64,000 bases of DNA. Origin: Flavobacteriales bacterium (GTDB lineage Bacteria; Bacteroidota; Bacteroidia; Flavobacteriales; Flavobacteriaceae). Positions within the stretch are counted from its first letter, which is position 1. The number at the start of each line of letters is the position of its first letter. The stretch covers positions 7,763 to 71,762 of the forward strand of contig SGZI01000001.1 of assembly GCA_004213965.1 (NCBI GenBank), given 5' to 3'. This document shows positions 1 through 11,915 of the stretch, one piece after another. The notes beneath the pieces are model-generated. The model ran no database searches and was not told the origin of the DNA. It was given only the letters and a program-made list of their open reading frames with translations. Position numbers and translations under genes: made by a program.

Positions 1-2184
1 GAACAAGCTGGTTTAAAAATATTATCAGAGAAAACTAAAAAGGAGAATGATTCTGTATATTTTATGAATAGGGCAAAATTTACAACCTCAGCAGATGTAG
101 ATAATCCAGAGTATTATTTTCTTTTAAGAAAGGCAAAAGTTGTTCCAGGAAAGAAAATTATTACTGGACCTACAAACATGTATATTGCTGATGTACCTAC
201 CCCAATAGGTCTTCCCTTTGCATATTTTCCATTATCTAACAAGCGTAGTTCAGGGATAATTTTTCCTTCATTTGGTGAACAAAACAGTAGAGGGTATTTT
301 GTTCAAAATGGCGGATATTATCTTCCTATAAATGACAATATAGATTTAACTTTACTTGGGGATTATTATACTAATGGAAGTTATGGATTTAGAGTTGAAA
401 ACATGTATTCTTACAGATATAAGTTTAGAGGCAATCTTAGCTTCAGGTACGAAAGCTTAATTCAAAGCGAAAGAGGTTTTCCAGATTATTCTAAATCATC
501 AATATATAACTTAAGATGGTCTCATACTCAAGATTCAAAATCAAATCCAAACTCAAGATTTTCAGCATCAGTTAACCTTGGGAGTAGTAAATATTATCAA
601 CAATCAATTAACCAACTTAATGCTGCAAACTTCCTAAATAACTCTTTATCTTCCTCAGTATCATATTCTAAAACTTTTTCTGGTGAGCCTCAAGTTAATT
701 TAAGTCTTTCTGCTACTCATTCTCAGAACACAAATACCCAAGTAATTAACATGACCCTACCAACATTTCAAAGTAGTGTTTCTAGAATTTTTCCTTTTGC
801 TCCAAAAAGTGGTACTAAAAAAGGTTTTTTACAAAACATTAATCTTCAATACAGTGTTAGAGGAGAAAATAGAATACAAACAACTGATTCACTTTTTTTC
901 ACTAAAGAAATGTTTGAGTCAGCAAAATCAGGATTTCAACACAACATTCCTATAAGTACAAACTTTAAGTTATTTAAATATTTAAGCTTTTCTACTAGTG
1001 CAAACTACAGTGCAACTATGGTATTTAATACTATTGAAAAGAGTTTTGATATAGATAACCAAGAGGTAATAACAACTGATAATAAAGGTTATGACGCATT
1101 TAGTACATATAATTTTTCTGCTAGTTTAGGTACTACAGTTTATGGTATGTATGATTTTGGTACTGATAAAAATTTACAAGCAATTCGACATGTTTTACGA
1201 CCATCAATAAGTTACAGCCTTGCTCCTGCCTTCGATCAATATTATGAGACATATGAGGTTATTAGCGCTGATGGCCTAACCACTTCTGAGGTTGAATATA
1301 GTAGATTTGAAGGATCTATTTTTGGACAACCTAGTAAAATGTATTCAAGTTCAATTGGACTGTCATTGGCAAACAATGTCGAGGCAAAAGTGATTGATAA
1401 AGAAAGTGAAGATTTGAAATTAAAAAAAGTTGTGATTCTAAATAATTTAAATTTTTCCACAGCTTATAATATAGCAGCTGATTCATTAAACTTAAGTCCT
1501 GTGAGAATGACTGGAGGTACACAGCTATTTAAAAACAAAATGAATATAAATTTTGGTGCAACTTTGGATCCTTATGCTTTAAATGAGAATAATGCTAGAA
1601 TAAATAAGTTTAATATTAATGATGGTGGTGGTTTATTTAGACTTACTAGCGCTAATTTAACCTTGAACTATTCATTTACTAGCAACGATACAGAGAAGAC
1701 AGACAGGAATCAAGCTTCTGTTGATGAATCCGTTAGAAATGGAGGAAGGGATGATGATTTATTTGGAAGAGCTATGGATTTTGCAGATAATAGATTTAAT
1801 CAAGAAAAGGAAGATGAAAAAGAAAAGACTCCAAATGATTTATATAATTATAAAATACCATGGAGTTTAAGAATTGCTTATGCTGTAAACTATAATAATT
1901 CAATAGGTCAAAGTGAAATATCTTCCCATTCACTAATGTTCTCTGGTGATGTACAGCTATCTCCAAAATGGAGCACTGGAATATCTTCAGGGTATGATTT
2001 TAAAAACAAAGGTGTAACATACACTCAATTAAGATTTGAAAGAGACCTGCTTAGTTGGAGAATGAACTTTAGCTGGATTCCTTTTAGCACTAATGCTTCA
2101 TGGAATTTCTTTATAGGAATTAAATCTGGAATGCTAAGTGACATTAAATATGATAAAAGAAGACAAAGAGATAAAATACTTTAA
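1..2184 (+). CDS. lptD: LptD/OstA-like outer-membrane LPS-assembly protein, C-terminal ~727 codons (5' end lies off-window)
   Basis: Frame 1 is open from nt 1, with no stop before the ATG at 64 used by the ORF track, so the gene is truncated by the window edge. The sequence is long, beta-strand-like and rich in S/N/Y/F, resembling the ~900-aa Bacteroidota 'putative LPS assembly protein LptD' family. Confidence 0.55.
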   Translation, partial: EQAGLKILSEKTKKENDSVYFMNRAKFTTSADVDNPEYYFLLRKAKVVPGKKIITGPTNMYIADVPTPIGLPFAYFPLSNKRSSGIIFPSFGEQNSRGYFVQNGGYYLPINDNIDLTLLGDYYTNGSYGFRVENMYSYRYKFRGNLSFRYESLIQSERGFPDYSKSSIYNLRWSHTQDSKSNPNSRFSASVNLGSSKYYQQSINQLNAANFLNNSLSSSVSYSKTFSGEPQVNLSLSATHSQNTNTQVINMTLPTFQSSVSRIFPFAPKSGTKKGFLQNINLQYSVRGENRIQTTDSLFFTKEMFESAKSGFQHNIPISTNFKLFKYLSFSTSANYSATMVFNTIEKSFDIDNQEVITTDNKGYDAFSTYNFSASLGTTVYGMYDFGTDKNLQAIRHVLRPSISYSLAPAFDQYYETYEVISADGLTTSEVEYSRFEGSIFGQPSKMYSSSIGLSLANNVEAKVIDKESEDLKLKKVVILNNLNFSTAYNIAADSLNLSPVRMTGGTQLFKNKMNINFGATLDPYALNENNARINKFNINDGGGLFRLTSANLTLNYSFTSNDTEKTDRNQASVDESVRNGGRDDDLFGRAMDFADNRFNQEKEDEKEKTPNDLYNYKIPWSLRIAYAVNYNNSIGQSEISSHSLMFSGDVQLSPKWSTGISSGYDFKNKGVTYTQLRFERDLLSWRMNFSWIPFSTNASWNFFIGIKSGMLSDIKYDKRRQRDKIL

Positions 2185-2200
2185 TAATTAAATTATAAAC

Positions 2201-2587
2201 ATGAAAAAAATAATTAAAACCTCTAATGCTCCAAAACCAATTGGCCCTTACAACCAAGCAATTATAACAAACAATTTGTTATTTATTTCTGGTCAAGTAG
2301 CATTTGATCCAAAAACAGACACACTTGTCTTAGATAATATTGAAAACGAAACTAAACAAGTAATGGAGAATTTAAAAGCTATATTAGAATCTGTTAACTC
2401 CACATTTGAAAATGTTGTTAAAACAACAATTTTCTTATCAGATATGGATAATTTTACAAAGGTTAACGGTGTTTATGGCTCCTATTTTAACGAAGATACT
2501 GCTCCAGCACGAGAGACGGTTGAGGTTGCAAGATTGCCAAAAGATGTAAACGTAGAAATATCAATGATTGCAGAGCTGTTAGCTTAG
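2201..2587 (+). CDS. ridA: RidA (YjgF/TdcF/L-PSP) family reactive-intermediate deaminase
   Basis: 128 aa. N-terminal APKPIGPYNQA and C-terminal PARETVEVARLPKDVxVEI are hallmark RidA motifs. Confidence 0.9.
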   Translation: MKKIIKTSNAPKPIGPYNQAIITNNLLFISGQVAFDPKTDTLVLDNIENETKQVMENLKAILESVNSTFENVVKTTIFLSDMDNFTKVNGVYGSYFNEDTAPARETVEVARLPKDVNVEISMIAELLA

Positions 2588-3457
2588 CAAAAGATTTCTG
2601 TGATAAGACAGAAGGCCGTCAATAGGTCTTCTAATTATATTCCCAACACTTAAATTATATGCATTTAAGCATGATTCTAGCTCATTTTTTAAATAAAATG
2701 ATATAGACCCGCTAAAATGTATTAAAACCTCTTTAGCATCAGGGAATTGCATAATCTGACTTTCAATAAAGGAATTAAATCCTTTTTTTATTAATGCTTT
2801 AGAATATTCAGAATCTTTATTGGTTATTAAAAATTTAGCAAATTTAGCGAGGTAAGTATTTGGATTCGGTTGTTTATAGAGTTTGTCTTTTATTGTTTCA
2901 GCGCTTAAGTCAAATTCAGCCTCAAACTTTTTAGCAAGTTCTCCAGGTATTCTATTAAAATAATAATCTCTTAAAAGCTGTCTTCCAAAATAATTTCCAC
3001 TAGCATCATCCATCAATATATAGCCTAAAGATGTTATTTTTTGATCTACATTTTCTCCATCAAAATATGTGCAATTAGATCCAGTCCCAATAATACAGAC
3101 AATTGATTTTTTACCCATTTCTGCAGTTGCATATATTGCAGCAAAAGTGTCTTCTTTAACTGATACTTCAGTAGTATTTATAAAGACCTCTTTAAATACT
3201 TTTTGAATCAAATCTCTTGGAGGTTTAGTCCCGCACCCAGCGCCATAAAAATATAACTTATCTACATCTTTTCTATACTTATAAAGATCATAATTATTAA
3301 CTATTCTTTCCCTTATTATGTTGCTGTTTAGAACTTGTGGGTTTAAACCTAGCGTTTGTGATTCAAAAATAATCTTACCACTATTGTCAATACCTGTCCA
3401 ATCTGTTTTAGTTGAGCCACTATCTACAATCAGAATCATTTTTTTAGGTTTTTTCAA
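2579..3457 (-). CDS. BadF/BadG/BcrA/BcrD-type ATPase, N-acetylglucosamine kinase-like
   Basis: 292 aa. It has an N-terminal ILIVDSGSTKTDW phosphate-1 motif and IGTGSN, as in ASKHA-fold sugar kinases. The 3' end overlaps ridA by 9 nt. Confidence 0.7.
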   Translation of the reverse strand: MKKPKKMILIVDSGSTKTDWTGIDNSGKIIFESQTLGLNPQVLNSNIIRERIVNNYDLYKYRKDVDKLYFYGAGCGTKPPRDLIQKVFKEVFINTTEVSVKEDTFAAIYATAEMGKKSIVCIIGTGSNCTYFDGENVDQKITSLGYILMDDASGNYFGRQLLRDYYFNRIPGELAKKFEAEFDLSAETIKDKLYKQPNPNTYLAKFAKFLITNKDSEYSKALIKKGFNSFIESQIMQFPDAKEVLIHFSGSISFYLKNELESCLNAYNLSVGNIIRRPIDGLLSYHRNLLLS

Positions 3458-3466
3458 GATTATACG

Positions 3467-4471
<1,005 letters not shown>

Positions 4472-4477
4472 TTATAT

Positions 4478-5464
4478 TTATATTGACATTATATCAGAAA
4501 TTTTCAATAATTCTGAATTTATTTTTGATTTTCCTTTTACCGCATCAATTAATGGGGTTAGAAATATTTTATTATTCTTAATTCCAACCATAACATTTGA
4601 TTTAGTTTTTAATAAAGAATCTACTGAACTAACTCCCATTCTACTAGCTAGAACTCTATCAAAACAACTTGGAGCTCCTCCCCTTTGGATATGACCAAGA
4701 ACTGAAACTCTTACTTCATATTCTGGCAAGTGCTTATCTACATAATCTTTTAATTCAAATACATTTTTCCCCGTCTTATCTCCTTCAGCTACAACTACTA
4801 TACTTGATGATTTTCCTGTATTTTTACTTCTTTTTAAAGATTTAATTAGTCTTTTGAGTCCAAGGTTTTCTTCTGGAATTAAAATTTCTTCTGCTCCAGC
4901 AGCTACACCAGTATTAAGGGCTATATGACCAGCGTCTCTTCCCATAACTTCAATAAAAAACAACCTGTTATGAGAGCTAGCTGTATCACGAATCTTATCT
5001 ATTGCTTCAACAACTGTATTTAGTGCAGAATCAAAGCCAATAGTGTGTGAGGTGCCAAATATATCATTATCAATAGTGGCTGGAATTCCAATAACAGGAA
5101 ATTTAAATTCTTTATTAAAAATATATGCACCATTAAATGTTCCGTCACCTCCAACTACAATTAGTCCATCTATGGAATGATCTATAAGGTTGTTGTATGC
5201 TTTTTTTCTCCCAGACTTAGTTCTAAATTCAGAAGATCTAGCGGTTTTAATGATTGTTCCACCTTTGTTAATTATCCCCTTTACGCTTCTGGCATTCATT
5301 TCTTCAAAACTTCCATTAATTAAACCTTCATATCCTTTGTGAACTGCTATTGGGATAATACCATTGTATACACAAGATCTTACAATTGCTCTAATTACCG
5401 CATTCATTCCTGGAGCATCTCCACCAGATGTTAAAAAAGCTATTTTTTTTATTTGTTTCTTCAC
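4478..5464 (-). CDS. pfkA: ATP-dependent 6-phosphofructokinase
   Basis: 328 aa. Motifs are LTSGGDAPGMNA, VVGGDGT, IPATIDND and MGRDAGHIAL. Confidence 0.93.
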   Translation of the reverse strand: MKKQIKKIAFLTSGGDAPGMNAVIRAIVRSCVYNGIIPIAVHKGYEGLINGSFEEMNARSVKGIINKGGTIIKTARSSEFRTKSGRKKAYNNLIDHSIDGLIVVGGDGTFNGAYIFNKEFKFPVIGIPATIDNDIFGTSHTIGFDSALNTVVEAIDKIRDTASSHNRLFFIEVMGRDAGHIALNTGVAAGAEEILIPEENLGLKRLIKSLKRSKNTGKSSSIVVVAEGDKTGKNVFELKDYVDKHLPEYEVRVSVLGHIQRGGAPSCFDRVLASRMGVSSVDSLLKTKSNVMVGIKNNKIFLTPLIDAVKGKSKINSELLKISDIMSI

Positions 5465-5580
5465 TGATTTAAGTATATGGCAAAACTAATAAACTTATAG
5501 TTAGTTTTTGTATAAGTTTTTAATTTATTTTGCATGAATAAGGCATTTAAAATCACATTAGAATATATTATTATTTTTAG

Positions 5581-6600
5581 TTGAAAAATCACAACATATA
5601 CACATTAGGAATTGAAACTTCATGCGATGATACTGCCGCAGCTATATTGCTGAATGACAAAGTATTAAGCAACGTTGTTTCAAGTCAAGATATACATAAA
5701 ATCTATGGAGGTGTTGTTCCTGAATTAGCTTCAAGAGAACATCAAAAATTGATTGCACCTACAGTCAATACAGCTATTAAAGAGTCTGGCATAGAAAAGA
5801 ATCAGATAAATTCAATAGCTTTTACAAGAGGACCAGGATTATTAGGCTCTTTGCTTGTAGGTACATCATTTGCAAAATCTATATCCTTAGGATTAAACAT
5901 ACCATTAATTGAGGTAAACCATATGCAAGCCCATATTCTCTCTATATTCATAGAAAATAACAATCAAAAACCTGAATTCCCATTTATTGCCTTGACTGTT
6001 TCAGGCGGACACACACAACTTGTAATTGTAAGAGATTATTTTGAAATGGAAGAGATTGGAACAACCTTAGATGATGCAGTAGGAGAAGCTTTTGATAAAT
6101 CAGGAAAAATTTTAGGACTAGAATATCCTTCAGGCCCAATGATAGATAATTTAGCTAAAAAGGGTGATCCATTTACTTATAAGTTTACTAAGCCTAGAGT
6201 AGCTGCTCTTAATTTTAGTTTTTCAGGCTTAAAAACAGGGTTTATGAATTTTATTAATAAGGAATCCTTAGCTAATAACACATTTGTAGAAGATAATATT
6301 AATAACATCTGCGCTTCTTTACAAAATACAATCATTGAGATATTGGTTGAAAAAGTATTGCTAGCTGTTGAAATGACCAAAATTAAAAATATAGTTATAT
6401 GTGGTGGTGTTTCAGCAAATTCCTCTTTAAGAGAAAAAATGAAACAGCTAGGTAATAATAACTCATGGAATGTTTATTTCCCAAATATTGATTATTCTAC
6501 AGATAATGCTGCAATGATAGGTGTTGTGGGTTATTTAAAATATAAGAATTCTATCACAACTGATTTATCTAGCTGCGCTACAGCTAGATATAAAATATAA
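5581..6600 (+). CDS. tsaD: tRNA N6-adenosine threonylcarbamoyltransferase TsaD
   Basis: 339 aa. Motifs are LGIETSCDDTAAAI, HMQAHI and SGGHTQL. The start codon is TTG at 5581, and there is no nearby in-frame ATG. Confidence 0.92.
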   Translation: MKNHNIYTLGIETSCDDTAAAILLNDKVLSNVVSSQDIHKIYGGVVPELASREHQKLIAPTVNTAIKESGIEKNQINSIAFTRGPGLLGSLLVGTSFAKSISLGLNIPLIEVNHMQAHILSIFIENNNQKPEFPFIALTVSGGHTQLVIVRDYFEMEEIGTTLDDAVGEAFDKSGKILGLEYPSGPMIDNLAKKGDPFTYKFTKPRVAALNFSFSGLKTGFMNFINKESLANNTFVEDNINNICASLQNTIIEILVEKVLLAVEMTKIKNIVICGGVSANSSLREKMKQLGNNNSWNVYFPNIDYSTDNAAMIGVVGYLKYKNSITTDLSSCATARYKI

Positions 6601-6605
6601 TCCGA

Positions 6606-7310
6606 ATGAAATTATTCTTTAATATCGATCTTAATCATAATGACAAAGAATTATCCCTTTCTGATTCAGAACACAATCATTTGACTAAGGTATTAAGAAA
6701 GAAAGTTGATGATATAGTTTATTTAACTAATGGAAAAGGCTATTTATTTGAAGCTGTGATTGTTCAAATTAACTTAAAAGATACTAAACTCGAGATTTTA
6801 AGCTCATTAAAAAAACCTAAAATGAATTATTGTTTAAATGTTGCAATTTCTCCAACTAAAAAAAATGATAGATTTGAATGGTTTGTTGAAAAGGCTGTAG
6901 AAATAGGAGTATCTTCAATAACACCAATTATTAGCACTTATACTGAAAGAAAGACGCTTAATTATTCTAGACTAAATAAGATTGCTGTTTCTGCTATGAA
7001 ACAATCGTTTCAAACATATTTACCAGTAATTAATCCAATAATTGATTTTAAAGATTATTTAAAAACCAATCAGAGCTCTAATAATTATATTGCACATTGT
7101 AATCAATCAGGTAAAAATCACTTATCTAGATGTATTGAAAAGAAATCCGACTCAAATATTATTATAGGTCCTGAAGGCGGTTTTAATAATGATGAAATAA
7201 AATTAGCAATGAATTTTAATCACATCCCTGTATCATTAGGGTCAAATAGACTTAGAACTGAAACTGCTGGAATTGTTTCTTGTCAAATATTTTCTGATTT
7301 TAATAACTAA
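6606..7310 (+). CDS. rsmE: 16S rRNA (uracil1498-N3)-methyltransferase RsmE
   Basis: 234 aa. It has a SPOUT C-terminal IIIGPEGGF...E motif and LGxxxLRTETA. Confidence 0.85.
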   Translation: MKLFFNIDLNHNDKELSLSDSEHNHLTKVLRKKVDDIVYLTNGKGYLFEAVIVQINLKDTKLEILSSLKKPKMNYCLNVAISPTKKNDRFEWFVEKAVEIGVSSITPIISTYTERKTLNYSRLNKIAVSAMKQSFQTYLPVINPIIDFKDYLKTNQSSNNYIAHCNQSGKNHLSRCIEKKSDSNIIIGPEGGFNNDEIKLAMNFNHIPVSLGSNRLRTETAGIVSCQIFSDFNN

Positions 7311-7328
7311 TATTATTAAATTTGTTTC

Positions 7329-8390
7329 ATGAAATTAGATGAATTAACAAAGTCAATATTAAAATCTGTCTTCTCACTAGCATTAATTACTCTATTTGCA
7401 ATATTTCTAATCAAAGTTAAGTCTGTAATCATATATATCACTATATCAATGATTCTAACGTTAATGCTAAGACCATTTTCATCATTTCTAAAGTCAAAAC
7501 TTAGATTTAACAATCTTTTCTCATCTATAGGATCTTTATTGTTGTTAATTGTAATTATAACAGTATTGATAAGTTCATTTATTCCATTAATAATAGAGCA
7601 AGGCAAAAACCTGTCATTACTAAACAATAGTGAGTTAAAATCTAATATAGAAAACATTATAGTTAATGTAAATGAGTATTTTGAGACAAACAGTCTTAGT
7701 GTTTATGATTTTTTATCAGAGATCACTTTGTTATCTGATATTGACTTTGCATTTATCCCAAATCTACTAAACTATATTATATCAGAATTAGGAAGTATTG
7801 GCGTAGGATTATTATCTATACTATTTATTACATTCTTCTTTATTAAAGATGGAGATTTGCTATTGACTAAAATCAAAAACATTCTTCCAAAAGAAATAAA
7901 ATCAAATTTTTTAGAATCGGTAACTAAAATTAAAACATTACTATCTAGGTATTTTATTGGTATTGCAGCACAGATTACATTATTATTTGTTTTATATTCA
8001 GTAATGCTCTCAGTAATAGGGATTAACAATGCATTAGTAATAGCATTTTTATGTGCAATTCTAAATATAATACCCTACATAGGTCCATTAATTAGTATCG
8101 TATTAATGAGTGTCTTGACAATGACTGGGTATATTGATACATCATTAATTAATGAAATGCTCTCAAAAGTAGTATATATATTTATAGGCTTCTCAGTAGT
8201 GCAACTCATAGATAATTTTATTATTCAGCCATATATATTCTCTAAAAGCGTGAAATCACATCCATTAGAAGTATTTATTGTAATAATTTCTTCTGGAATG
8301 CTGTTTGGAATTGTTGGTCTTATTATAGCAATACCACTATATACAGCAGTAAAAGTTATTTACCTTTCTTACTCAGGAAAAGAAGCATAA
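7329..8390 (+). CDS. AI-2E (PerM/YdiK) family transporter
   Basis: 353 aa and polytopic. It has the IPYIGP motif and the general AI-2E family layout. Confidence 0.8.
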   Translation: MKLDELTKSILKSVFSLALITLFAIFLIKVKSVIIYITISMILTLMLRPFSSFLKSKLRFNNLFSSIGSLLLLIVIITVLISSFIPLIIEQGKNLSLLNNSELKSNIENIIVNVNEYFETNSLSVYDFLSEITLLSDIDFAFIPNLLNYIISELGSIGVGLLSILFITFFFIKDGDLLLTKIKNILPKEIKSNFLESVTKIKTLLSRYFIGIAAQITLLFVLYSVMLSVIGINNALVIAFLCAILNIIPYIGPLISIVLMSVLTMTGYIDTSLINEMLSKVVYIFIGFSVVQLIDNFIIQPYIFSKSVKSHPLEVFIVIISSGMLFGIVGLIIAIPLYTAVKVIYLSYSGKEA

Positions 8391-9121
8391 AGAATACCTC
8401 CTGTTAGTAGTTTAATAAATCTTTGATCAGAGTATGTTTTAGCTAAATGACCTAATCCAGTATAAAATGCTCTACCTCCATCAAACTGATGACACCATGT
8501 AATGGGATGCTTTTTTCCATGTTTACCTCCATAATATGTAGATTCATCAAGATTTAATAAAACATTTATGTCTGGATTTAGATTATAGTAATTATACCAT
8601 TCATCCTTAATCTCCCATTCATCATCTAAATGTTTGGTCGAAATATGTTTATTGTTTATTGTTTTTATTGTAGCATATGAAGTTCCTGGCGGATGACTTT
8701 TAAAGTATCCACCAACTAACTTTCCATACCAACTCCATTTATATTCTGTATCTGCAGCAGAATGAACACCAACAAAACCTTTTCCATTACGTATAAAATC
8801 TTCCATTATTTTCTGTTCAGTGATATTTAATATATCTGAGGTAGTATTTAAAAATATTATGGTATTAATATTTTTTAAATTCTTTGTTGTTATCACATTT
8901 GAATTCGATGAATGAAATACATTAAAGTTATTATTAGTTCCAATGATTTTGAGTAATTCTGTTCCTGCTTTTATTGCTGAGCGATGAACATAGCCTTTAG
9001 TTTCAGTAATAACTAAAACTGAAAAAGTATTTTGATCTGAACAATTTAAACATTCCATCTCTTGCTTAGGAAATAGAAAGGAAATAAAAATGTAGAATAC
9101 TATGGTGTAATTATAGATCAT
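8369..9121 (-). CDS. ThuA domain-containing protein (secreted)
   Basis: 250 aa with an N-terminal hydrophobic signal. GFVGVHSAADT and HPITW match the ThuA glutamine-amidotransferase-like fold. The 3' end overlaps the transporter gene by 22 nt. Confidence 0.7.
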   Translation of the reverse strand: MIYNYTIVFYIFISFLFPKQEMECLNCSDQNTFSVLVITETKGYVHRSAIKAGTELLKIIGTNNNFNVFHSSNSNVITTKNLKNINTIIFLNTTSDILNITEQKIMEDFIRNGKGFVGVHSAADTEYKWSWYGKLVGGYFKSHPPGTSYATIKTINNKHISTKHLDDEWEIKDEWYNYYNLNPDINVLLNLDESTYYGGKHGKKHPITWCHQFDGGRAFYTGLGHLAKTYSDQRFIKLLTGGILYASFPE

Positions 9122-9189
9122 TATAAAATTAATTAAATGAAGTTAATAAAAATTAATCACTAATTTTATAGACCTGAATTACATTAAAT

Positions 9190-10149
9190 ATGATTAATGA
9201 AACTGTTTTAATTATCGGAGCCAATGGTCAATTAGGCTCTGTTTTATCTGAAGAACTTCAAAAGATTCATGGAAAAGACAATGTAATAGCATCTGATATT
9301 TATTCAAATTCTACTTTTGATGGAGTTTTTGAAATAATTGATGCCACAGATTTAAATGCTATAGAAAATATAGTAAATAAGTATGCTGTAAGTCAGATTT
9401 ATCATCTTGCAGCAATCTTATCTGCTAAAGGAGAGGCAAACCCTTTAAAGACTTGGGATTTAAATATGAGCATGATGCTTAATGTTTTTGAAGTTTCTAG
9501 AACTAATAATGTAAAAAAAGTATTTTTTCCTAGTTCTATAGCTGTTTTTGGAGATAAAGCACCGCTTGAAAACACTCCTCAGTCTGCATTTTTAAATCCT
9601 GCAACTGTGTACGGAATGAGCAAGGTAGCAGGAGAAAACTGGGCACAATACTATTTCAATAAATATGAATTGGATGTACGCTCAATTAGATACCCTGGAA
9701 TTATTGGTTATCAATCTATGCCTGGAGGAGGCACCACTGATTATGCTGTTGAAATTTATCATAGTGCGGTTAAGCAAGAGAAATATTCATGTTTTTTAAA
9801 CCCAGAAACTAAATTGCCAATGATATTTATGGATGATGCTATAAGATCAACTATTGAATTAATGCAAGCACCAAAAAATAGTATTAAAACAAGAACATCT
9901 TATAATTTAGGAAGTATGAGTTTTAGTCCAAGTGAAATTGCTTCAGAAATTCAAAAATTATATCCTAATTTTAAAGTTGAGTATAATGTAGATTTTAGAC
10001 AAGAAATTGCAGATAAATGGCCAAAAAGCATCAATGATGATCAAGCAAGAGAGGATTGGAATTGGAAGCCAAAATATGATTTAAAATCGATGACAGTATT
10101 AATGCTAGAAAAATTAGAAGAAAAATATAATACAAGCACATTAAAATAA
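9190..10149 (+). CDS. tdh: SDR-type (UDP-galactose-4-epimerase-like) L-threonine 3-dehydrogenase
   Basis: 319 aa. It has a Rossmann IGANGQLGS motif and a YGMSK catalytic YxxxK. It sits immediately upstream of kbl, the canonical tdh-kbl pairing. Confidence 0.8.
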   Translation: MINETVLIIGANGQLGSVLSEELQKIHGKDNVIASDIYSNSTFDGVFEIIDATDLNAIENIVNKYAVSQIYHLAAILSAKGEANPLKTWDLNMSMMLNVFEVSRTNNVKKVFFPSSIAVFGDKAPLENTPQSAFLNPATVYGMSKVAGENWAQYYFNKYELDVRSIRYPGIIGYQSMPGGGTTDYAVEIYHSAVKQEKYSCFLNPETKLPMIFMDDAIRSTIELMQAPKNSIKTRTSYNLGSMSFSPSEIASEIQKLYPNFKVEYNVDFRQEIADKWPKSINDDQAREDWNWKPKYDLKSMTVLMLEKLEEKYNTSTLK

Positions 10150-10155
10150 AACAAT

Positions 10156-11349
10156 ATGTACGGAGATATTAAGGAGAATTTACAAAAGCAATTAAAAGAG
10201 ATTAAAGAAGCAGGCTTGTATAAGAGAGAACGAATTATAACTACCTCTCAAGATGTTGTTATTAAGGTTTCTACTGGTGAAGAGGTAATTAATTTTTGTG
10301 CAAATAATTATTTAGGCTTATCTAATGATAAAGAAGTTATTCAAGCAGCAAAAGATACACTAGATTCTCATGGTTTTGGAATGTCTTCCGTTCGTTTTAT
10401 TTGCGGAACACAAGATATACATAAGCAACTTGAGAATAAAATTGCTGAATTTTTTCATTGTGAGGACACTATTTTATATGCAGCTGCTTTTGATGCAAAT
10501 GGAGGCGTTTTTGAACCGTTATTAAGCAAAGAAGATGCAATAATTTCAGACTCCTTAAATCACGCTTCTATTATTGATGGAGTTCGTTTATGTAAAGCAG
10601 CAAGATATCGTTATGCAAATAATGATATGGATGATTTAGAAGCTCAATTAATTGAGGCAAACAAACAAAATCATCGTTATAAAATTATTGTAACTGACGG
10701 TGTGTTTTCAATGGATGGAATTGTAGCTCAGCTAGACAGAATTTGTGATTTAGCCAACAAATATAATGCATTGGTTATGGTAGATGAATGCCATGCAGCT
10801 GGTTTTATTGGAAAAACTGGTAGAGGAACAATAGAATTGAAAGATGTTTTAGGAAGAGTTGATATCATTACAGGAACACTAGGGAAAGCTCTTGGTGGAG
10901 CTATGGGTGGATATACAACAGGTAAAAAAGAAATTATTGAAATTTTACGTCAGCGATCAAGGCCTTACTTGTTTTCAAATTCTTTAGCTCCATCAATTGT
11001 TGGAGCGTCTTTAAAGGTCTTTGAAATGATTTCTAAAGACACTTCATTGAGGGATAAATTAGAAGAAAACACTAATTACTTTAGAAATGGAATGGAAAGA
11101 GCAGGATTTAAACTTACTGGTGCAGATTCAGCAATAGTTCCAGTGATGTTGTATGATGCTAAGTTATCTCAAGACATGGCAAATGCACTCCTTAAAGAAG
11201 GTATATATGTTATTGGATTCTTCTTTCCAGTTGTACCAAAAGAGAAAGCTAGAATTAGAGTTCAACTATCTGCTTCACATACAAAAGAACATTTAGACAA
11301 AGCGATTAATGCTTTTATAAAGGTTGGAAAAAAATTGAATGTAATTTAG
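10156..11349 (+). CDS. kbl: Glycine C-acetyltransferase (2-amino-3-ketobutyrate CoA ligase)
   Basis: 397 aa in the alpha-oxoamine synthase family. Motifs are NNYLGL, DECHA and a [12 protein letters not shown]-lysine region. Confidence 0.92.
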   Translation: MYGDIKENLQKQLKEIKEAGLYKRERIITTSQDVVIKVSTGEEVINFCANNYLGLSNDKEVIQAAKDTLDSHGFGMSSVRFICGTQDIHKQLENKIAEFFHCEDTILYAAAFDANGGVFEPLLSKEDAIISDSLNHASIIDGVRLCKAARYRYANNDMDDLEAQLIEANKQNHRYKIIVTDGVFSMDGIVAQLDRICDLANKYNALVMVDECHAAGFIGKTGRGTIELKDVLGRVDIITGTLGKALGGAMGGYTTGKKEIIEILRQRSRPYLFSNSLAPSIVGASLKVFEMISKDTSLRDKLEENTNYFRNGMERAGFKLTGADSAIVPVMLYDAKLSQDMANALLKEGIYVIGFFFPVVPKEKARIRVQLSASHTKEHLDKAINAFIKVGKKLNVI

Positions 11350-11477
11350 GAATATAAGAGTTTATTGATATTGTCTATTGTAGTCTGCAATACTATTTTA
11401 TGGACTGAATCTTTAGGGTTTTGTATCTCTTTATTTAGTCTTTCTAATAATTCTGCAATAGTGTTGTCTTTTGTCAT
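11346..11477 (-). CDS. Candidate 43-codon small ORF ([43 protein letters not shown])
   Basis: Hand-translated and below the ORF-track cutoff. The ATG is at 11477, 34 nt downstream of the stop of the co-oriented membrane-protein gene. Its TAA stop overlaps the kbl TAG stop on the other strand. The peptide is amphipathic-helix-like and not low-complexity. I recognise no family. Confidence 0.3.
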   Translation of the reverse strand: MTKDNTIAELLERLNKEIQNPKDSVHKIVLQTTIDNINKLLYS

Positions 11478-11511
11478 TTTAATTATTTTAGTTTGCCTTT
11501 CTCTTTATAGT

Positions 11512-11895
11512 TTATTTTAAAGACGGATTAGTAAAAAACACATATCCAAAAGATAATGTAAAAAGAGAGTAAATTATTGTGTAAGAAAAAATTAGCTGAT
11601 TATCTTGAAAACCTTGGTTTAATTTTATAAGAGTCATTGAAGCTGTAAAGAAGTGAAGTAAATTTCCCATAAGAATAGGTTTGTTATAAATTCCACCTAT
11701 TAAACTGGATTTTGACGTCCAATTTAGAATACTAAACCCCAGATATAAAGCGCCTAAAATCTGTAGAATTAAAATCAAAATATAATTATCAGTATTAATT
11801 AATAAACCAGCAATTTCATTAGGAAAAAAAGTAAACCCAAATCCATTGATAGCTAAAAATATAGCGCTTATTATCATTAAAGCTTTAGTATTCAT
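11512..11895 (-). CDS. Small integral membrane protein (about 4 TM helices), function unknown
   Basis: 127 aa with four hydrophobic stretches. I recognise no catalytic motif. Confidence 0.6.
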   Translation of the reverse strand: MNTKALMIISAIFLAINGFGFTFFPNEIAGLLINTDNYILILILQILGALYLGFSILNWTSKSSLIGGIYNKPILMGNLLHFFTASMTLIKLNQGFQDNQLIFSYTIIYSLFTLSFGYVFFTNPSLK

Positions 11896-11915
11896 TTAGT
11901 ATGAATTAACTTATA

